Assembly (NCBI GenBank): GCA_018000835.1 | Contig: JAGNJD010000001.1 | Coordinates: 137,889-201,888 of the forward strand | Direction: 5' to 3' | DNA: 64,000 bases | From: Candidatus Goldiibacteriota bacterium | Lineage (GTDB): Bacteria; Oederibacteriota; PGYV01; DSYL01 | Shown here: positions 58,014 to 64,000 of the stretch, piece by piece | How positions within the stretch are numbered: position 1 is the stretch's first letter | Layout of the letters: every line of letters begins with the position of its first letter | Made by a program: the position numbers and the translations under genes | Notes under the pieces: generated by a model | Told to the model about the DNA's origin: nothing | Database searches by the model: none | What the model saw: only the letters and a program-made list of their open reading frames with translations

Positions 58014-60497
58014 ATGGATATGACTGAAAATAATAACGAAAAAATAAAAACAGGAAAGTTATTACAAACTCCCATAGAAGAGGAGATGAAAACTTCTTAT
58101 CTTGATTACTCCATGAGTGTCATTGTAGGAAGAGCTTTGCCGGATGTTCGCGATGGATTAAAACCGGTTCAGAGAAGGATAATATATTCCATGAATATCA
58201 TGGGTTTACATTATACAAAGCCATATAGAAAATCAGCAAAAATAGTCGGTGAAGTTATGGGTAATTTTCATCCCCACGGAGATACGGCTATATATGATAC
58301 CATGGTGAGAATGGCCCAGAATTTTACTTTTAGGATGCCTCTTGTTCAGGGACAGGGTAACTTTGGATCAATTGACGGTGACCCGCCTGCCGCAATGCGT
58401 TATACGGAAGCAAGATTAAGCAAAATAGCTGAGGAATTAACAACTGATATTGAAAAAGATACAGTGGATTTTGTTCCAAATTATGATGAGACAACGAAAG
58501 AGCCGGTTGTTTTTCCAGTTTCTTTTCCTCATCTGCTGGTAAACGGTTCTTCCGGCATTGCCGTAGGAATGGCAACAAACATACCGCCACACAATCTTGG
58601 TGAAATTATAGATGCGGTTATATATAGAATAGATAATATGGATGATAAAATATCTGTTGATGATTTAATGAAAATTGTAAAAGGCCCGGATTTCCCGACT
58701 GGTGCATATATCATTGGAAAAACAGGCATTAAACAGGCATATTCAACCGGCAGAGGGTCGATAACGTTGCAGGCAAAAGTAAAAATAGAAGAAACCCCAA
58801 AAGGCAAGAAGCAGATTATCATAACGGAATTACCATACATGGTTAATAAAGCACAATTACTTGAAAACATTGCAGATCTTGTCCGTAATAAAAAAATTGA
58901 CGGAATTACGGATATAAGGGATGAATCAGACAAAGACGGCATACGGGCGGTAATTGAAATCGGCAGAAATGAAAATCCGGATATCATTTTAAATCAATTA
59001 TATAAACATACTTCTTTAAGAAGCAGTTTTGGAATAATTCTGCTGGCATTAGTTGATGGAAAACCACGGATATTGAGTTTGCTTGATATCATCGATGATT
59101 TTATTAATTACAGAAAAGAAATCATAATAAGAAGAACGAAGTTTGACCTTGATAAGGCCGAGAAAAGGGCGCATATTCTTGAAGGTCTTAAAATTGCCTT
59201 AAAATATCTTGACAGGATTATAAAATTAATAAGAAATTCAAAATCAGTTGAAGATGCAAAGACTGGTTTAATGGAAAGTTTTAAACTTACCGACGTTCAG
59301 GCTCAGGCTATCCTTGACATGAAATTACAGCAGTTAACTGCCCTTGAAATTGAAAGAATAGAAAAAGAATACAAAGATTTAATAAAACTTATAGAAGAAC
59401 TAAAATTTCTCCTTGCCAGCGAGAAAAAAATTTATAATCTTATGAAAGATGAATTACAGGAGATAAAAAACAAATATGCAGACCCAAGGAGGACGGAAAT
59501 AATCAACAGGGAAAAAGAAATTTCCATTGAGGATCTTATAAAGGAAGAAGATATGGTTGTTACGATAACCCATACCGGTTATATTAAAAGGACGCCGGTC
59601 TCCGTATATAAGGCACAACGCAGGGGCGGCAGAGGCATAATTGCAGTAACGACCAATGAGGAAGATTTTGTTCAGGACCTTTTTGTATCAAACACACATG
59701 ATTATCTGATGTTTTTTACAAACAAGGGAAGATGTTACTGGTTGAAGGTATATGAAATACCAGAAGCGGGCAGGCAGAACAGAGGCAAGGCAATAGTTAA
59801 CCTTATAAAACTTGAAGAAGGCGAAAGTATTTCTTCTTATGTTTCCGTGAAGGACTTTGTGGAAGATAAATTTATTATTATGGTAACTGAAAACGGAACG
59901 GTAAAAAGAAGTAATCTGTCACTTTTTTCAAAACCAAGGGCAGGAGGCATTATTGCCATAAATTTAAGCAAAGGGGATAATCTTATTGAAACGAAAATTG
60001 CGGAAGAAAAGGCAGAAATTTTTATAGCAACGTCAGAAGGCATGGCGATACGTTCAATGGTTAAAAATTTCCGTGAAATTGGAAGAACCGGAATGGGAGT
60101 AAGGGGAATAAAATTAGGCAAAAATGATAAAGTTGTAAGCATGACAATTTTACATTCCGGCGACAAAGATAAAACGCTTCTTTCCGTTACTGAAAAAGGT
60201 TTTGGAAAAAGGACAAAAGTATCTGAATACAGATTGCAGGCAAGAGGCGGTAAAGGAATTATAAATATTAAAGTTACTGAAAAAACAGGGAACGTTGTAG
60301 CAATTAAACTTGTTTCAGACGAAGATGAACTAATGATAATAACTACAAAAGGCACTCTTATAAGAACAAAGATAAAAGATATTAAAACGACAGGCAGGAA
60401 TACTCAGGGTGTCAGATTGATAAAATTAAAAGAAGGCGAAAAAGTAAGCGCGGTTGCAAGAATTGCAGAAGAAGACGAAGATGAAAAGGAAAAATAG
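58014..60497 (+). CDS. gyrA: DNA gyrase subunit A.
   Basis: Begins [28 protein letters not shown]; active-site Tyr context AMRYTEARL; C-terminal beta-pinwheel repeats and an acidic tail. Confidence 0.9.
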   Translation: MDMTENNNEKIKTGKLLQTPIEEEMKTSYLDYSMSVIVGRALPDVRDGLKPVQRRIIYSMNIMGLHYTKPYRKSAKIVGEVMGNFHPHGDTAIYDTMVRMAQNFTFRMPLVQGQGNFGSIDGDPPAAMRYTEARLSKIAEELTTDIEKDTVDFVPNYDETTKEPVVFPVSFPHLLVNGSSGIAVGMATNIPPHNLGEIIDAVIYRIDNMDDKISVDDLMKIVKGPDFPTGAYIIGKTGIKQAYSTGRGSITLQAKVKIEETPKGKKQIIITELPYMVNKAQLLENIADLVRNKKIDGITDIRDESDKDGIRAVIEIGRNENPDIILNQLYKHTSLRSSFGIILLALVDGKPRILSLLDIIDDFINYRKEIIIRRTKFDLDKAEKRAHILEGLKIALKYLDRIIKLIRNSKSVEDAKTGLMESFKLTDVQAQAILDMKLQQLTALEIERIEKEYKDLIKLIEELKFLLASEKKIYNLMKDELQEIKNKYADPRRTEIINREKEISIEDLIKEEDMVVTITHTGYIKRTPVSVYKAQRRGGRGIIAVTTNEEDFVQDLFVSNTHDYLMFFTNKGRCYWLKVYEIPEAGRQNRGKAIVNLIKLEEGESISSYVSVKDFVEDKFIIMVTENGTVKRSNLSLFSKPRAGGIIAINLSKGDNLIETKIAEEKAEIFIATSEGMAIRSMVKNFREIGRTGMGVRGIKLGKNDKVVSMTILHSGDKDKTLLSVTEKGFGKRTKVSEYRLQARGGKGIINIKVTEKTGNVVAIKLVSDEDELMIITTKGTLIRTKIKDIKTTGRNTQGVRLIKLKEGEKVSAVARIAEEDEDEKEK

Positions 60498-60506
60498 GAG
60501 GACATA

Positions 60507-62996
60507 ATGAAAAAGTCAACGTTTTTTCAGATTATATTAATATTGCTTCTTTTAACCGCCGTTCCTACGGGATTATTTTATTATTATGATAATTTAAAAA
60601 CAACACAGTTAAATAATTTAAGATCCGAATTAATGAGGACGGAAAATCAGAAAGAAATTGAAATTATCAAAGAACAAATATCAAAAAAGCTTGACGAAAT
60701 GTATGCCGACATTAATAATTTATCCCTTTCCAGCATTGCAAAAAAATACGCTTCATTTTTAAACGATAGAATTATTAAAAATTACAGTTATTCAAAAAAA
60801 GAATCATTAGATGCCATTAAAACACAGTTTATGAAATTAAGCCAAAACAGAAGTGAAAACATAATTCTTTTATTAAGAAATGGGAACGTTTTAATTTCAA
60901 ACAGCGAAGAATTACAGAATTTGTCACTTAAAAATAATTCAAATTTTCTTCAGACAATATCATCTGAAAAAATTTCTGGTAATATTAATTTTTCAACGGG
61001 TGTTGCAGAATTTTTTATGCCAATTTTTGACGTAAAAAACAGACTTGTATCTGTTCTTTATGTAAAAGAGAACATATCAAACATGGTTCAAAAAATAAGG
61101 ACACAGAAACAGTCAGCCCACGGGTATAATTTTATTATTAACTCAACCGGGAAAATGCTTTTAAATACAGACATTGCAAAAGAAAATACTGAAAACGTTC
61201 TTTCATATCCCGATATCAAGTCAATATTATATGACGAAACCGATTACGGCATTAAAGAAGTTGAATACAATAATTTAAAAGGTTTGCTGGGTTATAAAAA
61301 AATAAACGAAATGGAATACATCATTTGTATTTTTACCCCATATGCTGATTATCCATTTATGAAAAAGAAGGTTGAACAATATAAGTTAAGTTTTTTTGAT
61401 ACGACGTTTGTTTTACCATCGTATGCATATATAATCATAATTTTTATCATATCCCTTCTATTAATTAATATGATTTTAAATCAAACAAATCTACCTTTAA
61501 GAAAAATTGTAAAAGCAATGACAAAAATAGACGATGAAAATTTCCAGGAAATTTTACCAAAAGTAAAAACGGGAGATTATAAAAAATTAATTGATTCAAT
61601 TCTGATTTTAAAAGGCAGAATTGCAGCAGCGGAAGAAAAAACGCAAAAACTTTCGCTGATGTCCAAAGAACTGGAAGAGGAATTATCAAAAGAAGCATCA
61701 AGATACGATGCGGAACTTTCGCAATTGCGTGATGCCGTAAAAATTGCCGAAAATGAAAAAATGTCCAATGAAGAAAAACTATTAAAATTAAAAGAGGAAT
61801 ATGAAAAAGAGAAATCATCATTGAAAAAGAAATTAGAAGAAGAAAAAGACGAAATTTTCAGAAAATATACCGATTTGCAGATAGAATTTGATAAATTAAA
61901 AAAAGAAATCAGAAATACACAAACTTCAAAAATACCGGCAGAAAAAGAAGACATGAGAATTCAGTCAATACTTGCAATGAATAACGAATTAAAGGGAGTT
62001 TTGTCGGTCATAAAAACGTATATATCAACGGTTCTTGGCGGGGAAGGCAAAATAACGGACACACAGCAGCAATTTCTGGGAGTTGTCATTAACAAATCGG
62101 CAAGACTGGAAAGGCTGATAAATGATTTAACTGAATTATCATTGCTTGAAAAAGGGGAGATTAAATTATCACAACAACCAGTAGACATTAATAACATTGT
62201 TCAGGATATTTTATTTACAATTCAGCCGCAGGCAGATGTAAAAAAAATAGATATAAAGATTAATTTTGCACCAACGCTTCCTACGGTAATAAGTGATAAA
62301 ACAAGAATATCAAACGTAATCAGTCAGCTTTTAAATCAGGCGATAAAAGTTTCTCCAAGAGGCTCAAAAATTATAATAGAAACAAAAGATACGCCAAAGG
62401 ACGTAGTCCTGCGAATAACGGACTTTGGAATGAGCATGCCACAATCAAAATCAAATTTATTATTTATTAATTTTCATGGACCTGAGTCACCGGCAGGTCC
62501 TGAATTTATAAATACCGGCTTACGTTTTCCGATTATGAAAGCGGTTTTAAATAATTTAAACGGCGATATCTGGATTGAATCAGAAATTGGAAAAGGTAAA
62601 ACTTTTATAGTTTCTCTTCCAAAACAGAACATAGAAAGTACTGGCACGGCAAAAAATGAAATAAAATCTGATAATATTATTCAAGCAGTGGATTTTGGTT
62701 CAAAAGAAGAAACAACCGTTAAACCTGTAATTATACAAAAAAATGTAACACCAATGAAGGAAGAACCACTCCAACAGGATTCTAACATACCTACCGTATC
62801 TGAACTTTTGTCTTTTGACGTGCCTTTTAAGACAAAAGAACCTGAAATTCCCGGAAAGGACATAAACGTCCCCAAGGATTTACTTAATAAAAAAGAAACA
62901 ACGGATAAAAACAAAGATTCTTCACAATCATTGCCGGAAGAACTCCCCCCATTACCCGAACTGGAAGATGACAAAGGCACGGACATTTTTAAATAA
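60507..62996 (+). CDS. Sensor histidine kinase with a periplasmic sensor domain, coiled coil, HisKA and HATPase domains, plus a C-terminal low-complexity extension.
   Basis: Two TM segments flank a ~270-aa extracytoplasmic region. The H-box reads LAMNNELKGVLSVIKTYIS (His not obvious; Lys/Glu-rich coiled coil upstream). The N/G-box context is SQLLNQAIKVS...DFGMSMP...GLRFPIMKAV. The C-terminal ~130 aa is Pro/Glu/Thr-rich. Confidence 0.6.
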   Translation: MKKSTFFQIILILLLLTAVPTGLFYYYDNLKTTQLNNLRSELMRTENQKEIEIIKEQISKKLDEMYADINNLSLSSIAKKYASFLNDRIIKNYSYSKKESLDAIKTQFMKLSQNRSENIILLLRNGNVLISNSEELQNLSLKNNSNFLQTISSEKISGNINFSTGVAEFFMPIFDVKNRLVSVLYVKENISNMVQKIRTQKQSAHGYNFIINSTGKMLLNTDIAKENTENVLSYPDIKSILYDETDYGIKEVEYNNLKGLLGYKKINEMEYIICIFTPYADYPFMKKKVEQYKLSFFDTTFVLPSYAYIIIIFIISLLLINMILNQTNLPLRKIVKAMTKIDDENFQEILPKVKTGDYKKLIDSILILKGRIAAAEEKTQKLSLMSKELEEELSKEASRYDAELSQLRDAVKIAENEKMSNEEKLLKLKEEYEKEKSSLKKKLEEEKDEIFRKYTDLQIEFDKLKKEIRNTQTSKIPAEKEDMRIQSILAMNNELKGVLSVIKTYISTVLGGEGKITDTQQQFLGVVINKSARLERLINDLTELSLLEKGEIKLSQQPVDINNIVQDILFTIQPQADVKKIDIKINFAPTLPTVISDKTRISNVISQLLNQAIKVSPRGSKIIIETKDTPKDVVLRITDFGMSMPQSKSNLLFINFHGPESPAGPEFINTGLRFPIMKAVLNNLNGDIWIESEIGKGKTFIVSLPKQNIESTGTAKNEIKSDNIIQAVDFGSKEETTVKPVIIQKNVTPMKEEPLQQDSNIPTVSELLSFDVPFKTKEPEIPGKDINVPKDLLNKKETTDKNKDSSQSLPEELPPLPELEDDKGTDIFK

Positions 62997-63097
62997 GATT
63001 AACTTATGGTTAAATAAAGTTCTTGTTCAATTCTACACAGGTATCTAATTAAAAATAATATTACGGGTAATGTTTTACGTAAAGCAGGGTGATTTAA

Positions 63098-64000
63098 TTG
63101 AAAAAAATAATTTTATTATCTTTATTAATTTTCGTTTTCAGATTGAATATTTTTTCTGGAACGAACGTTTCAGGACTAATTGAAAAAACTGAAAACTGGA
63201 TTCCACAATCATCGCCTTATGTCATTGATGAAATGGCAATTATAGGAAAAAAAGGTTTTGTTACCATATATCCAGGAACGGAAGTTAAATTCAAGAAAGG
63301 TGCAAAATTACTTGTTTGCGGGACTCTTTATGTAAAAGGAGATGCAAATAATCCGGTCAGGTTCGTTCCTTTTGATAACGAAAGCTTTTATGAAGGCATA
63401 TATTTTAGTTCCGGAACAAAATCAATAATAGAATTTTCAATAATGATGCGTGGTTCAATTACCGTGGAAGCAACAAGAGTTGAATTAAATAATAATTACA
63501 TTTTAAATTCTACAGGCGTAATTCTTAAAAATTTTTCAGACGTTGTAATAAAAAACAATTATTTTTATAATAATACTTATGGTGTTCACATAGAAGGAAG
63601 CAACGTTAATTTAAACATTTTTGAAAATACATTTTTTAACAACAGATACGGCATTTATATTATGCAATATTACGGAAAAGGCGAAACGATAAAAAGGAAT
63701 AATTTCATTAACAATAAAAATAACATAACTAATTATTCAATAGGACAAATTAATTGCAAAGAAAATTACTGGGGCACGGATGATGAAAAAAAGATTGTCG
63801 GGACAATAATGGATAAAAGAATCAATCCGAAAGTCGGCGAAGTAATATTTAAACCGTATGCAAAAGAAAAATTCAAATTATATTTACCGTCACCATCGTA
63901 TATTTCTCTCGTTAAGACTTATTTAAGCAAGAAAAAACCGGAAGAAGATATCTACAGATTTTCGTTTGGCGGTGGCATGAGCGGATTTTTCCCCTTAACT
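63098..64000 (+). CDS. Secreted right-handed parallel beta-helix (pectin-lyase-fold) repeat protein. Partial: continues past the window end.
   Basis: TTG start with signal peptide (KKIILLSLLIFVF), then repeated ...N..I.N..GV.I..S..V.I.NN.F.NN.YGI.I... units typical of PbH1 repeats. The frame is open to position 64000. Confidence 0.5.
   Translation, partial: MKKIILLSLLIFVFRLNIFSGTNVSGLIEKTENWIPQSSPYVIDEMAIIGKKGFVTIYPGTEVKFKKGAKLLVCGTLYVKGDANNPVRFVPFDNESFYEGIYFSSGTKSIIEFSIMMRGSITVEATRVELNNNYILNSTGVILKNFSDVVIKNNYFYNNTYGVHIEGSNVNLNIFENTFFNNRYGIYIMQYYGKGETIKRNNFINNKNNITNYSIGQINCKENYWGTDDEKKIVGTIMDKRINPKVGEVIFKPYAKEKFKLYLPSPSYISLVKTYLSKKKPEEDIYRFSFGGGMSGFFPLT

Noticed and set aside
1-64000. CRISPR arrays, rRNA or tRNA genes.
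   Set aside because: No short direct repeats with regular spacers were seen, and no sequences resembling tRNA cloverleaf boundaries or rRNA signatures were noticed in intergenic regions.

Overview
The window is AT-rich (about 30% GC) bacterial chromosome containing the replication origin neighbourhood: dnaA, an AT-rich DnaA-box region, dnaN and gyrA at 55-60 kb. Around it are housekeeping genes: proS, grpE-dnaJ, recF, rsmG, queA, cspA, a lexA-like/recA operon and thiC. At 29.6-47.9 kb on the + strand is one long chemotaxis locus with cheR, three TPR proteins, cheY x2, cheC/cheD, an MCP, cheW, cheB, cheA and two further cheC-like paralogs. Embedded in it are atypical genes: an MshEN-like/CheW fusion, a P-II (GlnB-family) protein, and an FtsA/actin-fold ATPase carrying tandem ThiS-like repeats. 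These are followed by a B12-type radical SAM enzyme and RtcB. The clearest accessory feature is a ~4.5 kb insertion at 7477-12020. It is bounded by perfect 19-bp inverted repeats (GTGGAGTTTTCCCGTTTTT) and an 8-bp direct duplication (ATATGGGC). It carries an RHH protein, a Dam-family N6-adenine methyltransferase, a convergent HNH nuclease and a higher-GC nested IS3-family element that has truncated a host gene. Two unannotated intergenic repeat families were found, each in two copies: a ~190-bp family A, and a ~115-bp family B with possibly a degenerate third copy. Also present are an HTH/Doc toxin-antitoxin pair, a consensus sigma70 promoter with TGACA iterons upstream of the lexA-like/recA operon, and a thiC gene with no recognisable TPP riboswitch. 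All calls come from reading the sequence and the ORF translations; no database searches were run.
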